Assembly (NCBI GenBank): GCA_024704765.1
Contig: JAKMXF010000144.1
Coordinates: 732,184-796,183 of the forward strand
Direction: 5' to 3'
DNA: 64,000 nucleotides
Origin: Oopsacas minuta
Taxonomy: Eukaryota > Animalia > Porifera
Every line of letters begins with the position of its first letter. Position 1 is the stretch's first letter. Below, in pieces: positions 24,088 to 35,800 of this stretch. The notes beneath the pieces are model-generated. The model was not told the origin of the DNA. It worked only from the letters and a program-made list of their open reading frames with translations, and did not search any database. Made by a program: the position numbers and the translations under genes.

Positions 24088-24509
24088 TAAAAGTAAACAA
24101 ATATACACAAAATGTTATTTACAATATCATATTCGGGCTCAGCATACTTGAATACCCCAGGATAGTCGTTGAAAGTACGAATCTACCACAATGTTAAAAT
24201 TTGTTTACTTTACGTTCCTAAAAGTAAACAATTATTCACAATATGTTATTTACAATATCATATTCGGACTCAGGAGACTCGATTACCCCTGTATAACCGT
24301 TGAAGGTATGAATCTATCACAATGTTAAAATTTGTTTACTTTGTGTTCCTAAAAGTAAACAAATATTCAGAATATGTTATTTACAATATCGTATTCGGGC
24401 TCAGCATACTTGAATACCCCAGTATAGCCTTTGAAAGCATGATTCTGCCACAATTTTGAAATTTGTTTACTTTGTGTTCGTAAAAGTAAACAGATATTCA
24501 CAATATGTT
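24088..24509. repeat. Tandem array, 131-bp period (3.2 units)
   Basis: taaaagtaaaca starts at 24088, 24219, 24350 and 24481. Confidence 0.9.
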
Positions 24510-24840
24510 GCTAGAAACTACTGGAAATTACTGGAGACTGCTAGAAACCGGTGGAAGCTGGTGGAAACTGTTGGAAACTGTCCGAAACTGCTGGAAACTG
24601 TGCGAAACTGTGCGAAACTGTCCGAAACTGCTGGAAATTGTGGGAAACTGCTGGAAATTGTGGGAAACTGTGCGAAACTGCTGGAAACTGTGCGAAACTG
24701 CGCGAAACTGCTGGAAACTGTGCGAAACTGTGAGAAATTGCTGGAAACTGTGGGAAACTGCTGGAAACTGTCGAAACTGCTGGAAACTGTGCGAAACTGC
24801 TGGAAACTGTGGGAAACTGTGCGAAATTGCTTGGAATTAG
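24510..24840. repeat. 10-bp minisatellite (NNNGAAACTG), ~33 units
   Basis: ctggaaactg / tgcgaaactg / tgggaaactg variants in tandem. Confidence 0.92.
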
Positions 24841-24861
24841 TTCCTTTTTAACTACTAGACT

Positions 24862-25020
24862 GGGATACTCGATTACACTGAGTCCGGTATGATATTGTAA
24901 ACAACATATTGTGAAGGTTTGTTTACTTTTAAGTACATAAAGTAAATAAATTTCAAAATTGTGTTTGATTCATACTTTCAACGACTATCCTGGGGTTCTC
25001 GATTATGCTGAGTCCGAACA
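24862..25020. repeat. Inverted copies of the 131-bp unit
   Basis: The reverse complement reads taaaagtaaacaaaccttcacaatatgtt... and ...ccccaggatagtcgttgaaagtatgaatc. Confidence 0.85.
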
Positions 25021-25030
25021 TAGCAATATT

Positions 25031-25306
25031 TGTTTGTTCGTCCGTTGATATGCAAATTTATTGTTGTTTTTATGAATATACAGTAAACAATTCGCAAAAT
25101 CTCAAAATTTACGTAGGTACTTGGTCTCAACGGCTTCAAACGGGGTTGACCTTACAAAATATTTCATTAATATGTACTTATATTGTGAATTACATTGTTC
25201 TATATATTTATATTATAATACTCAAAGGGGCGCCTCTTTGGAGAATAATGGATACCCTGAGGCGCAATGCCCCGAGTTCATCGTGAAGCGACGAGTCAAA
25301 GGCTCG
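25031..25306 (+). mobile_element. Non-autonomous Helitron-like element, 3' portion
   Basis: Collinear with 62330-62603 (caaaatctcaaaattt, tactcaaaggggcg, gagaataatggataccc); ends with cgtgaagcg hairpin and CTCG|T. Confidence 0.55.
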
Positions 25307-26013
25307 TATAAAGGAGAATGAAAGCAACAAGTAGCATTATATACGCGTCGAATATAGTAACAATGGTAAGACAAGGATAGTGCATGAAGAACCCGGAGAA
25401 ATATTTGATTGATATGGATAATAACCAAGGAAAACAAACCTTCGAAAGAATGCACCGGGCACTGTCATATTACTACGAATACATAAACGAGAAAATAGAG
25501 AATCAAATACATGAACTTAAACGAGTAGAACATCATCAAAAGCATGATAAAGAACAAATGAAATAAGGAAAGAAAACAAAGTTAACAATATGAACATTTA
25601 CAATAAACTCGTTTTGAGTAAAATGCACATATCACACCAATAAGCTGTTTAGTATTAGTACCTTTCAAGTAAGATTGAACTGTAACCCTTTTCGTGTACA
25701 ATTAACCCCTTTTGTGTACAATTTACCTCTCTCGTGTACAATTAATGTCTATAATTTTTTTTCTTATATTTCGTATTCATTTAATTTCTTTTTTACTTGC
25801 TTCTATTTAGCCTGTTTGCTCGAGGTGTACAGTATGTGATAATTAGTAATTTATATTATTCAGTCCTAAAAGTATATTTCCTTGTATTTGCTTTCTTTAG
25901 CAATTCAGAACTATTAAAAATTGCATAGCTTTTTCAATTTGAAGGATTATCTCCACACAATTCTCCAGCTGTGTTTATTTTAATAAAGATATTTCTATAT
26001 ATGAATCATTATA

Positions 26014-29000
26014 ATGGCTGAAAATGAATTTCTAGAAAACATAGAAAATTCTCGTTTGCTAGAGATAGGGCATGGTTCTAAATCTATTCTCCATCTAATA
26101 CAAGAGGATCCCTCTAACCCTACACCTCCCCATCTAACACCCATATCTCCCCTCCCATTCGGATTCCCTCCTAACACATTCATCACAGAAACTCTAGACT
26201 CGTATCTAAATGACGTTACTAACACCTCTCTCTATGAGAGACTCTCATGCACCCCTGAGGTATGGGAGCCTGTCATCAAACAAACCTGTCTCCTCACTGC
26301 TCACCACCTCTCTACTCATCCCTTCCAGCTAGCTGTAAGGAGACATCCTATCACTGGTGCTCTACAAGATTACTATGAAGAGTGTACAGAGCCTCCGGCT
26401 AGACGAGAGGACTGTAATGAAGATGTTATAGCTCTGTTGAAGCTTGACAGACCTGATCAGCTGATGACACATCCACCTGGCTTCCAGACAGGTCTAGACA
26501 CCAATACAGCTAGTACCGTAGGTATACAGGATATGTTTAGTAGTGTTAAAGTAGATTTCTCATGGGTGGAACTGCAAGAAGCTGAGAATAAGAGTGAAGA
26601 ATTGGAAGCTAAGGATTCTGTAGAATTTGACACTGAGTTAGACATGGTTCTAAAACAAGCAGAGGAGAATACCCCGTCTGTTTTAAAACAAACAAACAAA
26701 TCTATTTCACACAAACAACCACGTAAAGCTTATGAGTATACAATCATTGAAGACTCACTCAGTGAAATTATAAATTATAACGAGTTATTGCCTCATCCAG
26801 CAATGCAGTTTAGTTTTGAGTTAGACATATTTCAAAAGAAGGCAATTATGTTATTAGAACAACATGAAAGTTTATTTGTAGCAGCTCACACTTCAGCTGG
26901 TAAAACTGTTGTGGCGGAATATGCAATCGCACTCGCGAAAAAGCACCATAAAAAGGCTATATACACCTCACCGATTAAAGCTCTCTCTAACCAGAAATAT
27001 CGCGATTTTAAGGACACCTTCAGTGATGTAGGAATTATAACAGGTGATGTACAGCTGGAGAAAACAGCTCAATGTTTAATCATGACAACAGAGATACTAC
27101 GATCCTTTCTCTATCGTAATGATAACATAATGTCAGATGTAGAATGGGTTATATTCGATGAAGTACACTACATTAATGATGAAGAAAGGGGAGTTGTATG
27201 GGAAGAAGTATTAATCATGTTACCCCAAGATGTACGTATTGTTATGCTAAGTGCTACTGTACCTAATGCGGAAGATTTCGCAGAATGGGTAGGTCAGACT
27301 AAGCGAGCTAACATACACGTCATAAAGACACTGAAACGACCTGTACCATTACGTCACTGTATATACACAGGGAATAGTAGTAAGACTTGCGATCAGCAGT
27401 TCACTATTGCTTATAACAAAGGATTAAGCATGGTAGAGAATGTTGAAGGATTTAAAGAAGCTAATACTGTTATTAAAGAGAGATTACGTCATCAAGTTAG
27501 ACAGCCTGATTATAACACACAGTTAAAACAAGATAGAAATATTTGGAAATCTCTTATCGATTCACTTAACAAAGAAGAGAAACTACCCCTCATAGGATTT
27601 GTGTTTTCTAGGAAGAAATGTGATGAATTAGCAGAGATGATGGCTAATACTGTATGTCTAACTACAGGCAGTCAGAGAGGTTCTATACATAATTTCTTCA
27701 CGAAATCTATAGCTAGACTAAACCCATGTGATCGTGTCCTACCTCAAATTGTACGTATGCTATTTCTATTGAAGAAAGGGGTGGGAGTACATCACAGTGG
27801 TATCCTTCCTATACTCAAAGAGATAGTGGAATTGCTTTATCAGAGAGGTGTTGTTAAAGTATTATTCGCAACTGAGACTTTCGCGATCGGAGTCAACATG
27901 CCAGCACGTACTGTCGTGTTTGATTCCATTGTTAAGTTTGATGGACAGAATCGTAGGAATTTACACCCAGGCGAGTATATACAGATGGCAGGACGTGCAG
28001 GGAGGCGTGGTAAGGATGATCAGGGATTTGTGATAATAATCGCGAAAAATGAGCTCCCAGATTTCTCGGTTTTTCACGAAATGATGTTCGGTAAGCCTCT
28101 AACTCTATCCTCAAAGTTCCGTCTGAGATACTCCATGATATTAATCACTCTCACATCACAAAGCCTATCAACTGAAGAACTTATTCGCAAGAGTTTTGCG
28201 GAATCTGACACTACGAAACAAGAATCTACTATCAGAGAGGAGATAACTGAATTGGAGAAAACTCTCTCATCTCTTCCTCTTATAACAGATCCATACTGCT
28301 TAGATATAGTAGGCTATTATAAGTTGTGTGTTACACGTGCTGATCTCAATCGTAGGGTGATAAAAACCGCGTTAGAGAAGGGTCATCGGAATACAATAAC
28401 CTCAGGTAGAATCATGATTGTCCGTATAGACAAATCTAAATACACAATAGGAGCACTCATGTTTGTTGGTTTACAGAACCCAACGAATTTGAATCCAAAC
28501 ATTGCTCAAAAACGTAGCTACACACTAGCTATATTGAGAGAGAAGAACTATGTATTTACTCCTATAGGAAGTGATTATATTGAGTCTTATAGAAGAGATT
28601 TTCCGTTAATATTCCCTGAGAATGTTGATGGATTAGAGTTGATAGAAACTGATGGAATTCAAATTGTTGCTATTTGTCAACAGATGGTTAAGAAGTTTGA
28701 TTCGGGAACAGCTAAGAGAGTTGTAGAGGATGTTAGAAGGCGCAAACAACCGCGAAATAGTAGAGATCCACCTGAGAATTATACTATATCTCTTCTAGAA
28801 GAATTAAAAAGAATACTCGTGTCCTACTCTATGGGGCAAGTCCCTACAGTAACTGCTAAAGACCTTCATATTAGTACGCTAGATTTCGCAGATTTGAATC
28901 ATAATCTGTCGCAGATAGAGAAAAATCTTGAAACATTTCCTTGTGAGAACAGTCCGAATTTCTTAGAATTATTTTCAATCGCACGAGAGAAGGTAAATAC

Positions 29001-29643
29001 TCAGAATCAGCTAAAGAATGCTAAATATTTCCTTTCTAATGAGAGTCTACTTCTAATCCCCGAGTATAGGAAACGACTACATGTACTACAACGTCTAGAC
29101 TACGTAGATGAAGGTATGATAGTTCAAACAAAAGGAAAGATAGGCACTGGATTCTCAGTTAACGAACTATTGTATACAGAGCTAATTGTTAGTAATTTCT
29201 TTCAAGAACTTACAGCACAAGAATCAGTAGCTCTACTTTCTTGTATTATATTCCATCAGAATGTAGAAGAACCTATTCTAAATGAGAAACTTAAACAGGG
29301 TCGTGATAAACTACTGGAGATAGCTAAATGCATTGTAAACTGTGAGAGAGAATGCGATCTGCCAGTTTCTGATGATGATTTATTGGAACAGTTGAATTTC
29401 GGTTTGGTAGAAGTTGTATATGAGTGGGCTATGGGTAAAACATTCGCGGAAATAATGGAAAACACACAAGTTCACGAAGGTATTATAGTTCGTTGTATCC
29501 AGCAACTTAATGAGGTTTGTCGTAACATAAGAGAGGTTGCACATACCATAATGGGTACCGAAGAGCTAAGCGATAAGATGAAGCTAGCTAGTGACTGTAT
29601 CAAGAGAGATATTATATTCACAGGTAGTTTATATATCAATTAA
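26014..29643 (+). CDS. SKIC2: Ski2 DExH RNA helicase, intronless, 1209 aa
   Basis: AAHTSAGKT, TSPIKALSNQKYRDF, DEVH, SAT, QMAGRAGRRG, C-terminal DSHCT (EGIIVRCIQQL..RDIIF..SLY). The N-terminal LAVRRHPITG motif fits SKI2 rather than MTR4. Confidence 0.92.
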   Translation: MAENEFLENIENSRLLEIGHGSKSILHLIQEDPSNPTPPHLTPISPLPFGFPPNTFITETLDSYLNDVTNTSLYERLSCTPEVWEPVIKQTCLLTAHHLSTHPFQLAVRRHPITGALQDYYEECTEPPARREDCNEDVIALLKLDRPDQLMTHPPGFQTGLDTNTASTVGIQDMFSSVKVDFSWVELQEAENKSEELEAKDSVEFDTELDMVLKQAEENTPSVLKQTNKSISHKQPRKAYEYTIIEDSLSEIINYNELLPHPAMQFSFELDIFQKKAIMLLEQHESLFVAAHTSAGKTVVAEYAIALAKKHHKKAIYTSPIKALSNQKYRDFKDTFSDVGIITGDVQLEKTAQCLIMTTEILRSFLYRNDNIMSDVEWVIFDEVHYINDEERGVVWEEVLIMLPQDVRIVMLSATVPNAEDFAEWVGQTKRANIHVIKTLKRPVPLRHCIYTGNSSKTCDQQFTIAYNKGLSMVENVEGFKEANTVIKERLRHQVRQPDYNTQLKQDRNIWKSLIDSLNKEEKLPLIGFVFSRKKCDELAEMMANTVCLTTGSQRGSIHNFFTKSIARLNPCDRVLPQIVRMLFLLKKGVGVHHSGILPILKEIVELLYQRGVVKVLFATETFAIGVNMPARTVVFDSIVKFDGQNRRNLHPGEYIQMAGRAGRRGKDDQGFVIIIAKNELPDFSVFHEMMFGKPLTLSSKFRLRYSMILITLTSQSLSTEELIRKSFAESDTTKQESTIREEITELEKTLSSLPLITDPYCLDIVGYYKLCVTRADLNRRVIKTALEKGHRNTITSGRIMIVRIDKSKYTIGALMFVGLQNPTNLNPNIAQKRSYTLAILREKNYVFTPIGSDYIESYRRDFPLIFPENVDGLELIETDGIQIVAICQQMVKKFDSGTAKRVVEDVRRRKQPRNSRDPPENYTISLLEELKRILVSYSMGQVPTVTAKDLHISTLDFADLNHNLSQIEKNLETFPCENSPNFLELFSIAREKVNTQNQLKNAKYFLSNESLLLIPEYRKRLHVLQRLDYVDEGMIVQTKGKIGTGFSVNELLYTELIVSNFFQELTAQESVALLSCIIFHQNVEEPILNEKLKQGRDKLLEIAKCIVNCERECDLPVSDDDLLEQLNFGLVEVVYEWAMGKTFAEIMENTQVHEGIIVRCIQQLNEVCRNIREVAHTIMGTEELSDKMKLASDCIKRDIIFTGSLYIN

Positions 29644-30158
29644 ATACAATTATGACTTGTGTATAGGTTTTCTCAGTTGTTGTGTAGCAATTAATTAACT
29701 TTTAGCAACATACTAAATACGTAGTTATGCTCTCATCAAGGTAAATCCCACCATGCAAGATGGCAACAAGGTAACATGTAAGATAACAATGTGCATGAAA
29801 CTAATACTTTCATGCACATTGTTGCAGGAAAATAGAACATGTTAGTATTTACTTGTAACTCTTACAATACACAGTGTATGCAACAAATTTGCTTTAAAAT
29901 TCTAAAAACAAACTTGCATGCAAGTTTGTTATATGAAAATGTAACATGCACGATGCAATTTGAGTTACATCGTGTATAGTGGCTTTATATTATGCCATTA
30001 ATTCTCCTTATCATGTGACCTGATACTTATACTTGTATGGAAATGAATTAGAACACTATTAGATATTGTACTTCATTGCTATATGCATTCAGCTCTAAGG
30101 ATAAATTTATTATCTTTCTATACACATTATTAGAATTTAAACATTTTGATCTTCTGAG

Positions 30159-31406
30159 ATGGCAAATGCAATAGAAAGTGAAGGTGAAAAGTTTCTCTCT
30201 CGGTTACAAACTGCCCGCGAAGAGGTTAGAAATAGATTCTCTAGCGCTCAAAGACTTCTCCAGGAGAGAGAAGCAGCTCTCTTACAACAGCTACAGGAAA
30301 TAGAGGACTCTTACAAACAGGAAAATTCGAAACTAATAGTACAGAAAAATGTTCTTTTGAAAACTAGAGAACAATTACAGGCCACTTTGAAAGGAAACGA
30401 AAATCAAACTACTCTACAGTCAATGCTAGATCCTCTTAATGCTAAACTAAGAGAAATTGAAAAGGAAGAAGAATTACAAAGAATCGAATTGAATTGGAGC
30501 AGAGAGGGAGAACTAGAATATTTACTAAAAGAAATGGGTACCATCAAGTTGAATAAAGATATTATTCCAAATAAAAAGGATGCACCTGTACTCACAGCTT
30601 GTAAGTACAGAGAGAATACTACTCGTTCAGGAGAGTTCAAATGGCCTACTGTCATAGCGGTACACTCAAATACTAACTTGTACATAATCGATCCTCTCAA
30701 CAACCGTGTTCAGGTTTTCGACAAATATTGTACTTTCCTATTTGCATTCTCAGGCAGCATGAATCACCCAGCTGGTATTTGTTTCCATGACGATCTAGTC
30801 TATGTTACACAGTCTGAAGCTGATAAACTTAATGTCTATTCGACAAATGGTGCTTTCGTTGAATCCATTGGGAGCAGGGGAGATAAAAAACTACAGTTCA
30901 AAAGTCCAGTAAGAATGTGTATTTCTGAAACTACAAATACTATCTACATTTGTGACAAAGATAATAACAGAGTTCAGATTTTGAATGTTAACCTCACATT
31001 CAATTCTTTCATTACGAAATTGGTCTTTCCCAGAGATGTTAAAGTGACTACAGATGAGATATTTATTCTTGATAAACAAAACCCATGTCTTCACGTGTTT
31101 AACCATAGACATCAGCTATTACACGAGTTAATTTCATTTGGGGGCAAGAATTCTCAAATTCAAGATTCCTACCATTTCTGTCTAAGTACTAATTCTAACA
31201 TTTTGTTTACAGATACTGCCTCTAATTGTGTGGTTGTGTTTAGTAAAGGAGGTGAACATATTCACAAGCTGGGGAAGAAAGGAAAGAAGGAAGGAGAATT
31301 CCTCAAACCCAGAGGAATAGCAATAGGCTCTGAAGGAAGGATTATTGTTGCTTCCAACAATCCTGAGCATTGCATCCAATTTTTCCTACAGTTCCCTCAA
31401 AATTAG
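30159..31406 (+). CDS. Coiled-coil + NHL-repeat protein (paralog of 1785-3019)
   Basis: N-terminal coiled coil, LNWSREGELE linker shared with the paralog, NHL repeats. Confidence 0.85.
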   Translation: MANAIESEGEKFLSRLQTAREEVRNRFSSAQRLLQEREAALLQQLQEIEDSYKQENSKLIVQKNVLLKTREQLQATLKGNENQTTLQSMLDPLNAKLREIEKEEELQRIELNWSREGELEYLLKEMGTIKLNKDIIPNKKDAPVLTACKYRENTTRSGEFKWPTVIAVHSNTNLYIIDPLNNRVQVFDKYCTFLFAFSGSMNHPAGICFHDDLVYVTQSEADKLNVYSTNGAFVESIGSRGDKKLQFKSPVRMCISETTNTIYICDKDNNRVQILNVNLTFNSFITKLVFPRDVKVTTDEIFILDKQNPCLHVFNHRHQLLHELISFGGKNSQIQDSYHFCLSTNSNILFTDTASNCVVVFSKGGEHIHKLGKKGKKEGEFLKPRGIAIGSEGRIIVASNNPEHCIQFFLQFPQN

Positions 31407-31552
31407 GCCATATAAAATAATATACTTGTTTATCATCCCCGCCCGCCCCATTTAATCTCCCTTCTCTGCAATTTTTTTTTTCATTGTAATATATATCTTT
31501 ATTTAAACTTATATTCGCAGATGAGCATTTTCGAAACAAGCTAATTATTTAA

Positions 31553-31740
31553 CACTAGCGCCCTTCGCTTGCTAGGTCGCTGAGCAGGTGGCTAATCATG
31601 TGATTTTTCGAAAATCCAAAAAGGTGGCAATGGCATCATAATTTCGTCAGGTGTGAATTTTCGTCCAAGATTCAAACCTGTCCGAGTCAGGCCCAAATAC
31701 CCCTCCCTGTATGGAAAAAATCAGCCCTGGGGTGTGCACT
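31553..31740 (-). mobile_element. Helitron-like element with 3' CTAG end (second family)
   Basis: The minus strand ends gcaagcgaagggcgCTAG|T; the body is shared with 40540-40690 (ggtgtgaattttcgt, caggcccaaatacccct). Confidence 0.55.
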
Positions 31741-32885
31741 AAATTTTTATTATTATTTTTTATCATTATTATTATATAGAATTATAGATTAATCGCGTTT
31801 GAATAATATTGATTATTGTAGTATAACCACAATAAGCACAACGTAACAAAAAGTTAGTAATTCTTAATCAAATTTGGTTAAACACTGCCTGTTTACTGAT
31901 TTTTTTTCTGCGTATAATTAAAGCTATCTCGCCTACTCTACTTGAGTTCCAGTTTTTTCAATTTTACTCTTCTAAATTTCATAGCTACATATTAGTAAAA
32001 TTCCTGGATGGTTTTTATTATTATTCAGATTCGTAGTGGTGTGAAAGTTGTGAAACAGTGGTATGGTTGTGTAATAAACGATTCCTGTACGGCTATCTGA
32101 TATTTACAATGAGTTCAATGGAGGAAATATTGATGGTGGTTCACCAATCTCTGACGAACATTGTTCGTCTTATCAGAAATTCGTATTAACGAGATAGTTT
32201 AAATAAATAAGTAAAATTACGCAAAGCAAAAAATAAAATAAAATGCCACCCCCCCGCCCCTATTTCGCAGAAAAAATGGATGAGAGACAAGTAATTTATT
32301 TTACTGGCCTTAGTACAGTATTTTTTGTGATAGACAATGGTTGGTTTTTATGTGTGTTTAGAATTTACGTATTCTTTTATCCGTATTTCCCTATTATTAT
32401 TATTTCTAATAAGTATAGCTAATAATGTGTAGGACATTTGTGTGATGGTATTATTTATTTTAGACAATAATTATTGTATTTCTCTATTCAATTATTTATA
32501 CAATAAGTGTCGTACTCTAGGAACCTAGTTGTAAGCACAGACTACAAAATACACGTAAATGAGGGTGATTACGTATTTCTTGTTTTTTTGCATTGTCCAT
32601 ATGATAAGACCTTTGGATTTGCTATGAGATCAGTATTACTTTCATTAATGATAATATTATGAGAGTAGTAGGTATGTACATGCTACCATTGGGAGAGCGA
32701 CAAACAATTTCAAGTCATCTAAATCTAATCATGACATGTATACTACACCATTTGATAATTAATAGGTTTTTCATCATATAACACATCTCTACTACATTAT
32801 CGAAACCTATTAAATTTTCTAACTTCTGCCATCAATAGTATAAAGAGAATTTTATCTATAAAATTGTTAATTCGTATGTTAAAAA

Positions 32886-35800
32886 ATGAATATGTTAAGT
32901 GATTACACTATGAAGAACCTGACTGACAAAGAGCTATCTAGCTATGCTCATCAGCTGCAGAAGTACGATATGGATGGTTATGTAGGTATGATAGTGACTG
33001 ATGGACTGCTAAGGAAACGTAGAGCCCTATTACTATACTACATGAAGATGAAAGGGAATATATTATTCTATTTTAAAGTTAGCGACAGGGGAGAGGTATT
33101 GGAGAGCCAGCTGGAAGGTTGTCAGATATTAGAGGGCTGTGTACCGCGTCTTGATGACGGAATCAATGAAGAGTATAAGTTCAGAATTACCCTGATTTAT
33201 CCTAGAATTATAGAGGATAAGCTCATATTCACATTCTACATAAGAGATAGGACAGAAGCTACCGCATGGGAGCAAGCTATCAATAAGGGTAGATATGAGT
33301 ATATGAGAAAGAGGTTCAGTGAATTGAGAAACCAACTACAGGAAATGACGGGAAATGATCCGGTTGAAGGAACTTATTTCGCTTGCAAGCCTGTCTTAGA
33401 TCCGGGACAACTAGAGGTCCTACGAAAACCAGGGACAGCTCCAAACGGTCCAGATATGCCATACCTTGAGCTATCTATCGCTTGTTCTAGTCTAGTCTCT
33501 ATCAGCCCAGACTCTGTACCAAGTCCTATGATAAAAGTAAGTCTGTTCGATGAGAGTATAGGAAAATGGATTAAGTTCTGTAAAACTGAGACTGTAGAGA
33601 ATTGTGCTGATCCTCAGTTCATTCACACTATACGTTTATCAGAAGAGCAAGCCAACACTCACTCAAAGGTTAGATTCGAAGTTTATGACGTCAGAAATAA
33701 GAAAGAGGGTATCGTTAGCAGAATCGGACACTCAGACTGCAGACTATCTCTCTTGAAGAAGGGCGACGGTCTCAACACACTTGAGATCAAAGGAGCAGAT
33801 GAGGAGGATAATCTGAAAGGATTCATCTACATACAAACATATAATTCTAATGGAGACAGTAGCAGAGCTCAACTTGTAGCAAAGAGACTAACTCAATTTA
33901 TGCAGAGTTCTGATGAGCATTCCAGACGATCAGAAGAGATGCTCAACTTCTCTAAGGAGATACAAGACCACAGTTTAGTTAACAACTCTATAACCAGTTC
34001 CTATAGATTACCTCAGAACGATAGTAGTGAAGTACTACGTGTTACAGAAATAATGAGTGAATCTAAACAAGTATGGGATATTACTATAGGCCTAATGCAG
34101 GTGTGTATGATAGAGGAGACTGATATGTTGTATGAGTTGGAAGAGTTATGTGGGCTCAATCAGCGATGGCAAGATCGTATGCAAGACCTGATTGAAGAAA
34201 AGAAATCATTCATAAATCATTACCGTTCATGTATTGATCATCTCAGCAAGCATGAAGCTAAACAATACAGTTTCAAACGTAGCATTGACAAGAAGGAGGT
34301 CTGGCTAGAGTGTATGCCTACTAATCTACATGTACAAACAATGAAGATTAACTCGAATGCATTAGTTGGTGATGTAGTTAAACTAGCTTCACAATACGAA
34401 ACTATTACAGTAGGTTGTCCCACTGCTTTTAACCTAAAGTACAAACAGGGCGGTCTTAAGAAACTTCTACAAAGTGATTCTCCTCTCTTCCTTCAGACAA
34501 GCCAGGAGAAAAGGGTGAGAGAGCTGCTAGAACATTTTCCTCTCCTTTTGAACAATCTCAAGAAGAATGTTTATGAAGTATTGAAGCATGGCTGTAGGAA
34601 ACAGAGGACAGAAATGAAGATAGCTATGGATGACTTAGGCAAATGGATGGGATCTGAATTCTACACAATACTAGCTACACCTCTTATCCAAGAGAGTCTC
34701 ATGTCCTTACAGCAAGCAAAGACAGCACCTCTATCTCCTAACAAACGAATTCAATCTGTAGTGTACAATAATAACGCAGATGAGATACAAAACGATCCGC
34801 TGTCGTTTGGATTCGGTGACATAGACGGTGAATGTGATACTCTCAATCTGCTGGAGAGTGACTATTCACTTCCTGAGATGATACAACGTGCCGACTATCA
34901 TCTATACGAGCTTAATAATAAAGTAACAGACTTTGTTAATGACGATTATCGTGGAAGATTACAGCAAGAAGAATGGGATATACTCATGAATCCATCAGCC
35001 GATTCTCTACTAGAATCCGCCAGGATATTAGTCAGTCAAGCTAAACTAGCGCTCTTATTCTCAATCTACAGAGAATATTTCCAGTTGAGTGAGAGCGGGT
35101 ATGCTACTGGGATTAAGGGATTACGTCATCGTAAAGATATATGCTTCATACAGGCAGCAGCAACTATTGCAGTCTCATTTACTATTCACCTAAAGAGCAA
35201 TATCCTAGACTGGAGTTTCATGGCTCAATTGCATAACATAGGATTTCTAATTCATTGGGAATCTTTGATTAGTACAATTGGTGAGGAGAATTCTATGCTA
35301 GAAGATATTGAAGTTACGAAAACTGAAATTAATCAGAGTTTATATTTCCAGATAATTTCCCAATCAGATGATTTGTACGATGATAAGCCTATCATTAAGG
35401 GTAAGAGATCTCGCGTTATTATTCAGGTCCCTGTGTCTCAATCTCTTTTTGAGCTGCTTCCGTATCCTCTGCAAACTGGCCAGCTTATCAGAGTAAATTG
35501 GATACTTTTCAATATCGGGGTTAATGAACAGCAGTCGCTAGCTGATCGTATTGGAGACTCTTCAATTCAAGATAGGATCAATACAAGTAGTCTGAATGAT
35601 CTCCATAAATACTTTATGAAATATTCAGAGTTATTCCTATTTGCTACAGAGGACTTAGGCAAGAGTGTGGAGGATACAAAGAAAATGCTAGATAAACTAC
35701 ACGAACTTGTATTTCAACGCAAACAGAAGCATGTCGAGATCTTACAGCTATCAGCTCTGCTCTGTAGAAAGATGAATGCTTCTCGCATTACGTCATGTAA

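Noticed and set aside
24088-24840. Possible CRISPR-like repeat-spacer array
   Set aside because: The units are contiguous tandem copies with no unique spacers, there are no cas genes, and the context is eukaryotic.
24456-24851. ORFs on both strands (24456-24851, 24505-24840, 24551-24733) with Cys/Trp periodicity
   Set aside because: They are translations of the 10-bp minisatellite, which lacks stop codons.
25384-25566. 60-aa ORF MKNPEKYLIDMD... downstream of the Helitron-like fragment
   Set aside because: No motif or context support.
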